The notes under the pieces: generated by a model
The model's input: the letters and a program-made list of their open reading frames with translations, nothing else
The model's database searches: none
Told to the model about the DNA's origin: nothing
Assembly (NCBI GenBank): GCA_964036045.1
Contig: OZ038378.1
Location: forward strand, 180,668,001-180,732,000
Direction: 5' to 3'
From: Eutreptiella sp. 'Long Island Sound 2002'
Lineage: Eukaryota > Protista > Euglenida
Length of the DNA stretch: 64,000 nucleotides
Shown here: in pieces, positions 51,386-63,370 of the stretch
Layout of the letters: each line of letters starts with the position of its first letter
How positions within the stretch are numbered: position 1 is the first letter of the stretch
Program-made: the position numbers and the translations under genes

Positions 51386-52400
51386 CCACGAGGCCCACGT
51401 TCAAGGCTTTTTGGACTTTTGAGGGGCCAAAATGCCCCCAAAATGGGCTCAAAATGGACTCATTTGACCCGTTTGTGCACCCCAAATGGTCTAGGATGAG
51501 GTTTGGAAAAATGCGTTTTTGACCCATTTTTGACCCATTTTTGGTCCCAAAACAGCCCATTTTCAAGGCATTTTGGGATTTTCGGAGGACCAAAACGGGC
51601 CACCACAAGCTCAAAACAGTCCAAAAACACTTGTTTTAGCGTCGCACATGGTCTAGGATCATTTTTGAGAAAAGTCATCTTTTTGCCCCTACTGAACCCT
51701 GTTGACCCATTTGGGCACCCACCTGTTTGGGCTTGAGCTTGCAGCTTGCCGCAGCCTAGTGGGCCTAGGCATTGGGGTCTAGGCGTCCCTTTGGGCAATT
51801 CTGAGGGGTGGAAACCACAAAAAGTGGGGGGTTGCGGGTGGAATAGGTGCCCTCGGAATCGCATTTTGAGCCATGTAGCCAAAGATATGGCCTATTCTTG
51901 GTTTGTGGCTGTCGGCATTTGGAGCTTATGGGGGCCTTTTTAGGCCGTTTCCTGGACATATCATGGAGTTAGAGGGCCGCAAAGAGATCGTTGACACGGG
52001 GAAGTCAAGCCGCACATGCAGTGTAGCCACCGTTTCCCTTCGTTTGGCCGTTTTGAATGGGTTCTAGGGCTTTTTTGGCCGAAAAATGGCTGTTTTGGCC
52101 CTAAACTGCAGTTTTTGAAACTGAGGTCCGCCACTTGCGAATCCCGTTCCCGGCCACCACTGTCAAGTTTCCTGCTCAAACTTTGTGTGATTGTACTTCA
52201 CACCCATAGGTATCATCCACCAAAATTTCACTCAAATCCAAAGCACCACGACGGAGTTCTGATTTTTTCCCATTTCGCGCATGTTGCTTGTTGCTTGCTG
52301 CTTGCTGCTTGCTTGCTGCTTGCTTGCTAAACCTGGTAGGTCCACCCTAGACACTAAAAAGGGTTATAAAACCAAGACTGGTTCCACCAGCTCGGTGACC
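51386..52400 (+). repeat. Same element, copy 2 (left end missing), followed by 4 CCCTAA-type units (52399-52422)
   Basis: Collinear with copies 1 and 3; junction ggtgacc-ctaaccctaactctaaccctaa-tcaagact. Confidence 0.9.
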
Positions 52401-52422
52401 CTAACCCTAACTCTAACCCTAA

Positions 52423-53583
52423 TCAAGACTGAATATTGGGACCGAGCTGGTGGGGGAGGGAACATCAGCTATGACTGGTGAGGGACATGAAGAATGATTC
52501 ACGCATTGATGGCTCTTTTGACAAAGTGAAATCAGCTTGCAAGTGAACCCCATCACCACGGGGCCCACTTTCAAGGCTTTTTGGACTTCTGAGGGGCCAA
52601 AATGCCCCGAAATGGGACTTCTGAGGGGCCAAAATGCCCCGAAATGGGCTCAAAATGGGCTCATTTCACCCACTTGTGCACCCCAAATGGTCTTGGATGA
52701 GGTTTCGAAAAATGCGTTTTTGACCCATTTTTGACCCATTTTTGGTCCCAAAACAGCCCATTTTCAAGGCATTTTGGGATTTTCGGAGGACCAAAATGGG
52801 CCACCGCACTTGTTTTAGCGTCGCACATGGTCTAGGATCATTTTTGAGAAAAGTCATCTTTTTGCCCCTACTGGACCCTGTTGACCCATTTCGGCATCCA
52901 CCTGTTTGGGCTTGAGCTTGCAGCTTGCCGCAGCCTAGTGGGCCTAGGTATTGGGGTCTAGGCGTCCGTTTGGGCAATTCTGAGGGGTGGAAACCACATA
53001 AAGTGCGGGGTTGCGGGTGGAGTAGGTGCCCTCGGAATCGCATTTGGAGCCATGTAGCCCAAGATATGGCCTGTTCTTGGTTTGTGGCTGTCGGCATTTG
53101 GAGCTTATGGGGGCCTTTTTGGGCCGTTTCCGGGACATATCATGGAGTTAGAGGGCCGCAAAGAGCTCGTTGACACGGGGAAGTCAAGCCGCAGGTGAAG
53201 GGTACCCACCGTTTCCCTTCATTTTGCCTTTGTGAATGTGTTCCAGGGCTTTTTTGGCCCAAAAATGGCTGTTTTTGGCCCTAAACTGCAGTTTTTGAAA
53301 CTGAGGTCCGCCACTTGCGAATCCCGTTCCCGGCCGCCACCGTTGAGTTTCTTGCTCAAACCTTGTGTGCTTGTACTTCACACCCATAGGTATCATCCAC
53401 CAAAATTTCACCGGAATCTGAAGCACCACGGCAGAGTTCTGATTTTTCCCCATTTCGCGCGTGCTGCTGCTTGCTTGCTGCTGCTTGCTGCTGCTTGCTG
53501 CTGCTGCTGCTAAACCTGGTAGGTCCACCCTAGACACTAAAAAGGGTTATAAAACCAAGACTGGTTCCACCAGCTCGGTGACC
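52423..53583 (+). repeat. Same element, copy 3 (complete), followed by CCCTAA x2 plus degenerate hexamers to ~53617
   Basis: Both ends present; internal tandem duplication of ggacttctgaggggccaaaatgccccgaaatgg (~52584-52650). Confidence 0.9.
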
Positions 53584-54150
53584 CTAACCCTAAACATAAA
53601 CGTAAACGTAAACCTGACAAAACTGCAGTCACAAAAAGACAATATTCAGACGGGGTCGCTGTGTTGTGCTAACGTAGGTAGGGAGCTTGGGGAAAGGCGT
53701 ACATTCAACAAATGTACAGGAAGAAAAGAGCAAAGTACTGCACAAGCTGGCAAAGCCCAAGTTTGGATTAGGACCGAGGAAGTCCTTGCACTGCACGACA
53801 CACCAATCAAACGGTGCATAATGCTCTATTTCATGCCCATGCTGCATGCAGTTCAAGAGAAGGCATCGACCCCTATGGCTGGAGGAACCAACATTACTGG
53901 CACCTGCATGATCCCCATTGAATCAGAAAAAGGTAACGGCCATGCCGCCAACAGCAACATTCATCATGGCTGCAAATCAAAGCAAAATATGAAAACTGTG
54001 CTTTGACTCTGAAGCAACCGTTGCTGTACGCACACACAATCCTTACAGCCATCATACAGTCACTCTTTCCTACTACAACCACCTCAAAATACTTGTGACT
54101 CAAACTTCGGACAACAAAGGCCGCAGGGTTAGGCTCAGGGTTTGGGTTAG

Positions 54151-55751
54151 GGTCACCGAGCTGGTGGAACCAGTCTTGGTTTTATAACCCTTTTTAGCGT
54201 CTAGGGTGGACCTACCAGGTTTAGCAGCAGCAGCAGCAGCAGCAAGCAGCAGCAAGCAGCAGCAAGCAGCAAGCAAGCAGCAGCACACGCGAAATGGGGA
54301 AAAATCAGAATTCCGTCGTGGTGCTTCGGATTTGGGTGAAATTTTGGTGGATGATACCTATGGGTGTGAGGGACAACCCTACAAAGTATGAGCCAGAAAC
54401 TCAACGGTGGCGGCCGGGAACGGGTGTCGCAAGTGGCGGACCTCAGTTTCAAAAACTACAGTTTAGGGCCAAAACAGCCATTTTTGGGCCAAAACAGCCC
54501 TAGAACCCATTCAAAACGGCCAAACAAAGGGAAACGGTGGGTACACTCCACGTGCGGCTTGACTTTCCTGTGTCAACGAGCTCTTTGCGGCCCTCTAACT
54601 CCACCATATGTCCTTGAAACGGCCCAAAAAAACCCCAGAAGCCCCAAATTTTGTGCAGATTGGCTGGCAACAGCCACAAACCAAGAACAGGCCATATCTT
54701 TGGCTACATGGTCCAAAACGCGATTCCGAGGGCACCTAGTCCACCCGCAACCCCCCACTTTTTGTGGTTTCCACCCCTCAAAATTGCCCAAACGGACGCC
54801 TGGACCCCCATACATAGCCCCAGCAGGCTGCAGCAAGCTGCAAGCTCAAGCCCAAACAGGTGGGTGCCCAAATGGGTCAACAGGGTCCAATAGGGGCAAA
54901 AAATGACTTTTTTCAAAAATGATCCTACACCATGTGTGATGCTAAAACAAGTGTTTTTGGACTGTTTTGAGCTTGGGGTGGCCCATTTTGGTCCTCCGAA
55001 AATCCCAAAATGCCTTGAAAATGGGCTGTTTTGGGACCAAAAATGGGTGAAAAATGGGTCAAAAACACATTTTTCCAAACCTCATCCTTGACCATTTGGG
55101 GTGCACCAACGGGTGAAATGAACCCATTTTGAGCCCATTTTGGGGGAATTTGGCCCCTCAGAAGTTCAAAAAAGCCTTGAAAGTGGGCCCCGTGGTGATG
55201 GGGATCACTTGCAAGCTGATTCCACTCTATCAACGGCCTTCAATGTGTGACTCATTGGTGTAAGCTCAAGCCCAAACAGGTGGGTGCCCAAATGGGTCAA
55301 CAGGGTTCAGTAGGGGCAAAAAATGACTTTTTTCAAAAATGATCCTACACCATGTGTGATGCTAAAACAAGTGTTTTTGGACTGTTTTGAGCTGGTGGTG
55401 GCCCTTTTTGGTCCTCCGAAAATCCCAAAATGCCTTGAAAATGGGCTGTTTTGGGACCAAAAATGGGTGAAAAATGGGTCAAAAACGCATTTTTCCAAAC
55501 CTCATCCTAGACCATTTGGGGTGCACAAACGGGTCAAATGAGTCCATTTTGAGCCCATTTTGGGGCATTTTGGCCCCTCACAAATCCAAAAAGCCTTGAA
55601 AGTGGGCCTCGTGGTGATGGGGTTCACTTGCAACCTGATTTCACTTCGTCAAGAGCCATCAATGTGTGAATCATTCTTGATGTCCCTCACCAGTCATATC
55701 TAATGTTCCCTCCCCCACCAGCTCGGTCCCAATATTCACTCTTGATTAGGG
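54151..55751 (-). repeat. Same element in inverted orientation, with an internal ~420-bp duplication (54841-55260 / 55261-55680) and TTAGGG at both ends
   Basis: agggttaggctcagggtttgggttag|ggtcaccgagctggtgg at the left; ccaccagctcggtcccaatattcactcttga|ttaggg at the right. Confidence 0.9.
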
Positions 55752-56479
55752 TTAAGTGGTGAAGAATGCAAGATGGCATGTTGGCAAGCTGGTTATAGCG
55801 GCAAAGGGGGAACACTACTGGGCTGGTGCACACCGGGCAAACTTTTAAGCCTAACAGGCCCCAAACCCAAAGCCATCTCAGTCTTCCCCAGCCGCTCTTC
55901 GAGGGCCTCCCAGAATCCCAGGCTCTCCCACAGCGGATGGGGCTACAAGCCACCACATATCAAGACAGGCAGACATGGTCCACAAATAGTTACATGTTGG
56001 ATCCAGCGTGCTACAGGCTACCACTGATCCTGTCTGAGATGTGCAAGTATCATCCAGCAGTACTGGTGATCCAGTGTGAACCATGAAGGAGTGCATGAGC
56101 GATGGAGGGTAAAAGTGGATTTGGGCGACATCACTTTGAGCAACTATGGGCGCACTGTGACGTCCATCATCCCAACATCCAGACACAATCTAGTTAAGAT
56201 AACCACATCAGACCAGCGTTCTCAATCTCCACGACACTGGCAGGTATTTTACCCGGCGGTGGCAGTATATGTGGCATCATATCTGTGCAAACTTACGCGC
56301 CACTCACAGCGGTTCCTGGGGTGTTTGGGGTTCTTTCAGCAAAATCCGCTAACAATCACCTCAAGACAGACAGAAAGTGATTGCAGCCCCAGTTAAACGA
56401 TGCTTTTGGGCAGCAGCAACTCTTCAGAGACATTACGTAGCCCCTCTTTGGGAGCCAATTTGCCTGGTACACAACGAGA

Positions 56480-56915
56480 CTTGAATCCCAGATTTACCCT
56501 CCCATGCGCCAAAGGAGACCACAAAAAATTGCCACCCTACCAACTAAGTCAACCCCAAATCATCTCTATTGAGCGACCAACACAACACCTAACACCTAAT
56601 ATGCCAATTCAAATTGCACAAGAAATGTGACGTTTGTCATGCCTCATGGACAATTTTGTCCCCAGAAGAGTGTGGGTCAATACATCTAGCACAATAGCTT
56701 TCCTTGCATTCATCACAAAATGTGGTGGTGTGCTGTTGACAACACAAAGGACGATATCAACCTCATCACCACCAGTATCATGCTCGGGAGCCGCGTTGGT
56801 TGCATTGGAAGTGGTCTACACATAAGAAGAAACTTGTTCCCATGGTCCAGAAGGGTGGTGACAGACATGCCTGCGAATGCAAATTTGTGGGAAGTGCAAT
56901 ACAATGTGCGCTGAC
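56480..56915. repeat. ~430-bp segment with a highly similar inverted copy at ~62138-62560
   Basis: atggacaattttgtccccagaagagtgtgggtcaatacatctagcac here versus its reverse complement at ~62340-62390; both translate to FAFAGMSVTTL...PTRLPSMILVVMRLISSFVLSTAHHH. Confidence 0.85.
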
Positions 56916-59500
56916 TGACTTTTTTGACCTATCCGCTCGACCAGATGTGCCAAACCACACTCCAATACCACAAAAAGTTGCTCAGATTGCATAACCCCTG
57001 CCATACCTGGGTCCACAGAGTGGGAAGGGGGAAATTGGTTCTATAACGCCCGCTATATCCTTCTTCCCAATGAAACCCCCAGTGAAAAACCATTGTGTGT
57101 AGGATTCTCGCCATGGGCTCATGATGATGGAATGGGGCTGCTGCAAGGGGGACGAGCAGGGCACAGGGAAGGCACCACACAACTCACCTGAGTCTCATAA
57201 GCCAGAAGTATACGAAATGCTTTTTGGGGGGATGGAATGGGAGTTTGAGTCTGCCTCTTCCCCAAGGTTTGGGCAAGCTGTTCACCTGGCTACGGTTAGC
57301 AATGAAGTTCGGGACAATGCTGCCTGCTGATGGGTAGCAGGGGAAGATTGCCAGAGCCATATTGCATTTCTTTCAACCTTGGCTACTATTCCCGTTAAAA
57401 GCCAATGCAACAGGAGTACAACCAAAACATGTGGGTAGGATGAACCACGGAAATTTTTCCCCTTCAGAAACCCCCCTCCCCAGAAACCTGCTACGATCAA
57501 TACCAAACTGCCCTGCCCGGGAGCGGCATATCTCAAAGATGTATTGGGTGGTTGGGTGGCTGGAGGCTGGAGTCACCCTCTTTCCTGTTGTGCTTCGGAG
57601 TTTGGCAGGTGCTGAAAGCTGCACGCACCCACTGGTCAAACAAAGAAAGATCACTGCAAAAACAAACAGTCCAAATGCGGTGGCCAGACCGCGGCTGACC
57701 GCTGCAGGCCTTTCGGTAACCACGGCACCGCAACCCCCATGCCGCCCTCGGCCTGTACTCGCACCCACCGCAGTGAGCCAGTATTTCGGAGCATGAATCC
57801 TATGTCCGCGGAACATTCGCCGACACGCTAGCGCGCAAGCAGGCGCGTTTTCCAGCCATGCCACGACCTCTGGGTAGGCTTTCGGACGGTGTTCGGGACC
57901 TTCGGCACGCATGCCCGGGGCCGATCGAATAGATGTGCCCTGCCTCGGCTCGATCGCGGGACCTTGGGGGAGCACTTGCGCCGCGCGCGCACCGCGCGCT
58001 ACTTTTGCAGCAAATATACCCCGGACCTCTTAATCTTACCCCCTCCCAAAATGGCCCCTCAAGAGAGCAAACGCTGTAGCAACAAAAAATGTAGACACCA
58101 CTCCTTCCCACAAACATAGCACAATCAAGAGCACAATACAATTGGCATCCACTTCATGAGCTTTGAAACGGCCCTTGGCCCGTTGTGACCCATCATGGTC
58201 TCAAATAAGTACATCTGCAAAGGTGCCCGGCACGAGAGGACAAATCCAAACAACAACACAACACCTTTCCCATAAATCGCCGCAGCGCGCGCACTGCGCG
58301 CACGCCACGTCAGGTGCCCCCCCCCCCCCCCCTCCCTGGTTGTAGGATCCGGGCGACAGAACCACTCAACCAGCCAGAGTCTCTTGGTTGGCCGGTAACC
58401 GGCTGGTAGTCCACTCAGGTCCAGGTGTACGGGAGTCCAGCAAGCTGTTGTTTTTGGCCTCAGGAACAGCCCTGCTGCTGGAAATGACCACATTTTGGTT
58501 CAGGTTTCTGGCATGGATCGAGGAATGCGCACATTGGGCTGCACCCGACGACGTAAGGGAGATTTGCCCCGTAGGAGTAGGAACATCAGTCGAGCATAGG
58601 CTTCGTAATCGCGATTTTCGGTTGGGTTTTCGCAATTTTCTGGATGTCTATCAATTTCTGTAGGGCGGCAACGGCAGCCTCACACAGTGCAGACTGTCCA
58701 ACCATCTGCAACAAAGTGTTCACTCGGATATATCAGCGGCTTGTGGGCATGTACTGGCCATGCGCTGCCGCGACGTCGTTGTATGAGCTTCTGTGTCGCA
58801 GGATATTGCCGGCTTTCTTCAAGACGTTACCATCACATGCATAGCCTGAAGGGTTGACAAGGGTGTGCAAATGTGCACGGGCCTTTGACAAGGTCAGAAA
58901 GAGTCTACAAGGCCCGCACAGGGTCCACAAAGGTCCGAAAATATCTGCAACGGGGCACCGGAGACAGGTGTGGGGTGCTCCGGGGGTGGTGGTGCTTGCT
59001 GGTGGCCGGCCACAGCGGGGCACACGCGGTAGTGCGGCACCGGTGGTTGCGGCCACATGCCGGTGGCCGTGAGGGCAGGGAAGAGGCGGTGGTGGTGCAG
59101 CTGCTGCGGTGGCGGGATAGGAGCGGCGGGCACACTGCGTAGCCGTAACGGAAGAGTGAGGGTTGCCCCTGTGGGATTCGGAGTCGTGGCCGGGGCTCAC
59201 AATAAATCGCGATCTTCGGTTGAGGTCTCGCGAGTTTGTGGATATTTGGGCTGACAGAGCACTGCTACGGCACCCGCACGCAGTGTAGCCAACCTTTTCA
59301 GGCTCCACCACCCACCTCCAGGCTGAGGCGCTTTTGGCGAGTCACTACACCACTGCATCTCTGAGACTGTGTCCAAAGAGAGCCCGACTGTGACCCAACC
59401 GCCGTATGATCACCGCAAACTTGTTCAACACCGCCGCCCCTTTGAGTGCGAGGCGACACAGGGCAGTGCACAGAGGCATCCTTCAGTGCCGCAACAGGCG

Positions 59501-60913
59501 CTATTTTGACTGCCGAACGACTGCACAGAGGAGGCCGGTGCGACTTGTTTTCGCGAGTGTCGCGAGTTCGATTTTTTGACTACCGAACGACACGTGGCAG
59601 TGCGAAAAGGCACCCTTCAGTGCTGCAAGGGCCTCTGCGCCCCGGGGTCCCACGCGATTCCCTTCAAGCTTGAGGTCCAGAGCACGCAATGATGGGGAGG
59701 TTTTCAGGGCAGCAAGCGTCTGTGCCCCTCTGTCTCCCACGGAATTGAACCGAAGATCCAGGAACAAAGTGTGCAGTGCAGGCGCATGCATCAGCCCGGC
59801 CAGCGCATGCGCACCACGGTCCCCTATCACGTTTGTGTACAGCAGGAGGCTCAAGACCTGCAGCGAGGGGGCACTTGCCAGTGCTGCAAGCGCTTCTGCC
59901 CCACCGTCCCCCACTGAATTCGACCTCAGATCGAGGGTCAGGGTGTGCAGCACCGGGGCATCCCTCAGCGCTGCCAGCGCGGCCGCCCCACTGTCCCCCA
60001 ACGAATTCCAGGTGAGGTTGAGCGTGAAGGTGTGCAACGACGAGTACCGGAGCGCGGGCAGTGCCAACGCTCCGCTGTCGCCCACTGAGTTCCGGTAGAG
60101 AAGGATGGCCAAACTGTGCAGTGAGGCGGCCGCGTGCAGCGCCGCGAGGCCCTGCAGCCCCGCCTCCCCCACCTCGTTCCACATGAGGTTCAGGGTCAGG
60201 GTCCGCAGGGCCGGTGCGTTCTTCAGCGCGCCCAGCGCCCGTGCCCCACGGTCCCCCACGGAGTTTGAGGTCAAATTGAGTGTGAGGGTGTGCAGGGAGG
60301 GGGCCTCCTGCAGCCCTGCCAGGGCCTGGGCTCCACTGTCGCCGAGCTGGTTCATGGTCAGGTCCAGCGTCAAGGTGTGCAGCGCAGGCGCGGCCTTCAG
60401 CGCGGCCAGGGCCCGGGCCCCGCTGTCCCCGACGGCATTCCCTTCAAGTCCGAGGGTCAGACTGTGAAGTGCAGGGGCACTCTTCAACGCCGCCAGTCCC
60501 TGCGCCCCACTGTCTCCCAGTTCGTTTCCCTTGAGGTTGAGGGTCAAGGTACGAAGAGACGGAGCCTTGGTCAGTGCTACAAGCGCTTGCGTCCCTTGGA
60601 CTCGGATCCCACAATAGCTCATATTCAGGACAAGTGTGTGTAAATAGAACGCCGAATTCAATACAGAGACCAGAGCTGACGGAACGAACAAGCCCTCCGT
60701 CACATCCACGTGCAGTATCCGGACGGTCTTTGTAAGACCCACCAACTGCACTGATTTTTTGGCAGAATAATAATTGACATGCCCATATCTTCTGCCTCCG
60801 AGTACGTTCCTAAGCGCTCGGCAAACTTGACTGAGAGAATCAGAGCATGCCAGATCCGCAATTATGTCCCACAATTCTGGAGGGATTTGGGCCGTCATTG
60901 ATTCTTTGTCCAT
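59501..60913 (-). CDS. F-box + ribonuclease-inhibitor-like LRR protein (FBXL-like), 12 repeats of mostly 29 aa
   Basis: QIPPELWDIIADLACSDSLSQVCRALR (F-box-like), then APxLHTLTLxLxxNxVGDxGAxALAALxx repeats. The ATG directly follows the acceptor-like ctctctccacag. Confidence 0.88.
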   Translation of the reverse strand: MDKESMTAQIPPELWDIIADLACSDSLSQVCRALRNVLGGRRYGHVNYYSAKKSVQLVGLTKTVRILHVDVTEGLFVPSALVSVLNSAFYLHTLVLNMSYCGIRVQGTQALVALTKAPSLRTLTLNLKGNELGDSGAQGLAALKSAPALHSLTLGLEGNAVGDSGARALAALKAAPALHTLTLDLTMNQLGDSGAQALAGLQEAPSLHTLTLNLTSNSVGDRGARALGALKNAPALRTLTLNLMWNEVGEAGLQGLAALHAAASLHSLAILLYRNSVGDSGALALPALRYSSLHTFTLNLTWNSLGDSGAAALAALRDAPVLHTLTLDLRSNSVGDGGAEALAALASAPSLQVLSLLLYTNVIGDRGAHALAGLMHAPALHTLFLDLRFNSVGDRGAQTLAALKTSPSLRALDLKLEGNRVGPRGAEALAALKGAFSHCHVSFGSQKIELATLAKTSRTGLLCAVVRQSK

Positions 60914-62881
60914 CTGTGGAGAGAGCAAATCGACCACACACACAAAATCACAGACATGCCTTGCATACACGACCAACTCACGACACCCTCCCCCGTCATG
61001 TTCAAGCCTTGGGCAGCTGCAGGTGGTAGTGGGGGAAGGGGGGTCCAAGGAGGCTGATTGGTTGCTGTGTAGTACAACCGGTGTCCGGTACGATGTCTTC
61101 TGCATGACCACCTTTTATCAGCCTGCTTTTATTGAACAAACACATATGTGGTGGGTTGCCAGTTATGTGCAACACGGGTTGCGTGTTGACTGGAAACAGA
61201 TGGAAACAACTTGTGGGCTCAGTGCAGACAGCACTGAAAGATCTTGATGCATAGGGGCACCACTGTGTGCATGCTAAAATCGTGCAACATAGCGGTCAAG
61301 CACGCCAAAAAAATTGAAAAAGGTGATCCAAGATGCGATCAAGCTGAAACAGTAGGGTCCAGGTGCTGAAAAGCTGAAACAAGGGGGAGGTCTAGGAGGC
61401 TTGCAACCTGAAACAGCGCTCCAGGAGAGACTGAAAAATGAAACATGCTTCAACACGCTTTTTGAGCGAATTGTTTCCCCTCCAGCCCGATTGGACAGGA
61501 ATTGACCATTGCTGTCAAAAATGAGATCATCCACAATGAGCAAACATCAGTCAACTGTGTGTGTTGCAAGCGGCAAACGTAAGGGGAGATGGCAGTCCTG
61601 TGTAGTGCAAAGCCCCTTAGCACACCTTTATAAGCAGTGTCCTGCAGCCAAACCCAAAGTATGCCTCACCGGGATGCACCTATTGGTACTCCAGGTCATA
61701 ATCAGCAATCAATTGGAATGTCCACAGCCAAACCATCAAGAATTGCAATGGAATCGAAACTTGGCATTCTACCAATGTGATCCTCGGATTCTAGCACACA
61801 ATGCAATCACGGCTGTCTCGTGGTCCCCACTTTGAGGACCAAAAAATATGGCTACATAAACCATACTGTCTTGGGGTCCTGAAGCTGAAGCTAAGGAAAT
61901 GGCTACATAACTCCACCCAAAGGGTCCATTGAGGCTGGGGGTTGTGATAGGGCATGTAAGGGCTGGCTGCTTGTCATTGTGGCTTGTATTGAGAGAAGGA
62001 ATGGCGCTCTAACCTCCTAGCAATAGTCCTACCAGGATGTGCACGGGTGGTACATGGCAAGGATTCAGCAACCTTTTGCTCATTGATGGTGTTGGCGTTT
62101 GATTTGAAACAACTGGTGTCGCACCTGAATGCGTTGCATCAGTCCATGCACAAATTAATTGCACAAAATTTTGCATTCGCAGGCATGTCTGTCACCACCC
62201 TTGCGAACTATGGGAACAGGTGTTTCGAATGCAACCAACGCGGCTCCCGAGCATGATATTGGTGGTGATGAGGTTGATATCGTCCTTTGTGTTGTCAACA
62301 GCACACCACCACATTGTGTGATGAATGCAAGGAAAGCTATTGTGCTAGATGTATTGACCCACACTCTTCTGGGGACAAAATTGTCCATGAGGCATGATAA
62401 ACGTCACATTTCTTGTGCAATTTGAATTGGCATATTAGGTGTTAGGTGTTGTGTTGGTCGCTCAAGAGGTTTGGATTTGGGGTTTGGGGTTGACTTAGTT
62501 GGTAAGGTGGCAAATTTTGGGGCTTTGCGGCTTCTCTAGGGGATGGCAAATCTAGGAATAAGCTTACCAAAAAGTAGCGCGCCAAGCATGCATCAGGCAA
62601 GTGTACCCCCCTTATACTTCCACACCCGTGGATTCAGGTACCGTATGCAAATGGGAACTGTTGTGCTGGTGCATGCAGAGGGTCAGGATGATGCCCAGGG
62701 GCCCTCCAATGAACATTTGTGGGCACCATGGGGCAAACAAGAGAAACCCAAATGTCCCTCAGCCCACAAGCGTGACATTTGATTCCTAAACCCTTGTCTT
62801 ATGTGGTTGCAGCAAAATTGGTACCAAATAAAATCAGGTCCCAAATTAATACAATCGCTATGCACTGTAGCTTGGACAAGA

Positions 62882-63330
62882 CCGTAGCTTGCCCATAAAG
62901 CGATGGAGGTCGTCACCCTCCGGAATCACTCCAGGAAACTCACACAGATCATTGTCATGAATACAGCGACGGAGGCGCCGCCAAAAATAGTCCAGACCGT
63001 AGCTTGCGCCTAAATCAGCGATGGTTGCTACCCTCCAGAATCACTCTGGCATCTCACACAGTACTTCAGCTCAATGTCAGCAAAGCCCTGTCAGGCGGGG
63101 CCACACATCTTTCAAACTGTTCAGCAGTGCGCCATCAAGCGCCGCCACCAATGGTGCTTGCTGCCCAGCAAGGCACTGTTAGGCACCCCCACCAGTTGAG
63201 TTCCAGGTCAGGTACCAGCCTTTAGGCCCGTCAGGATGTTCCCGCCGCCTCTTCCTCCTGCGTAGCTTGGCCCTTGATCAGCGATGGTAGCTACCCTTCA
63301 GAATCACTCTGGCAACTCATTCAATCCATG
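62882..63330 (+). repeat. Three degenerate ~65-bp direct repeats
   Basis: cgtagcttg...agcgatgg..gctaccct.cagaatcactctggca.ctca at ~62882, ~62997 and ~63260. Confidence 0.7.
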
Positions 63331-63370
63331 AAAGACAAACTAGACCGCATGCATCAATCAGAGTGACGTA

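Noticed and set aside
53582-54152. Telomere-telomere chromosome fusion scar
   Set aside because: The polarity is CCCTAA...TTAGGG, opposite to a head-to-head fusion (TTAGGG-CCCTAA), and the tracts are only a few units long.
50106-55541. Recurrent ORFs such as MEKCVFDPFLTHFWSQNSPF and MTFFKNDPTP
   Set aside because: They recur only because the DNA is repeated. Frames break differently between copies and no domain is recognisable.
57700-59400. Possible zinc-finger 5' region of a site-specific LINE
   Set aside because: Only scattered Cys/His residues across broken frames; no RT or endonuclease motif found.
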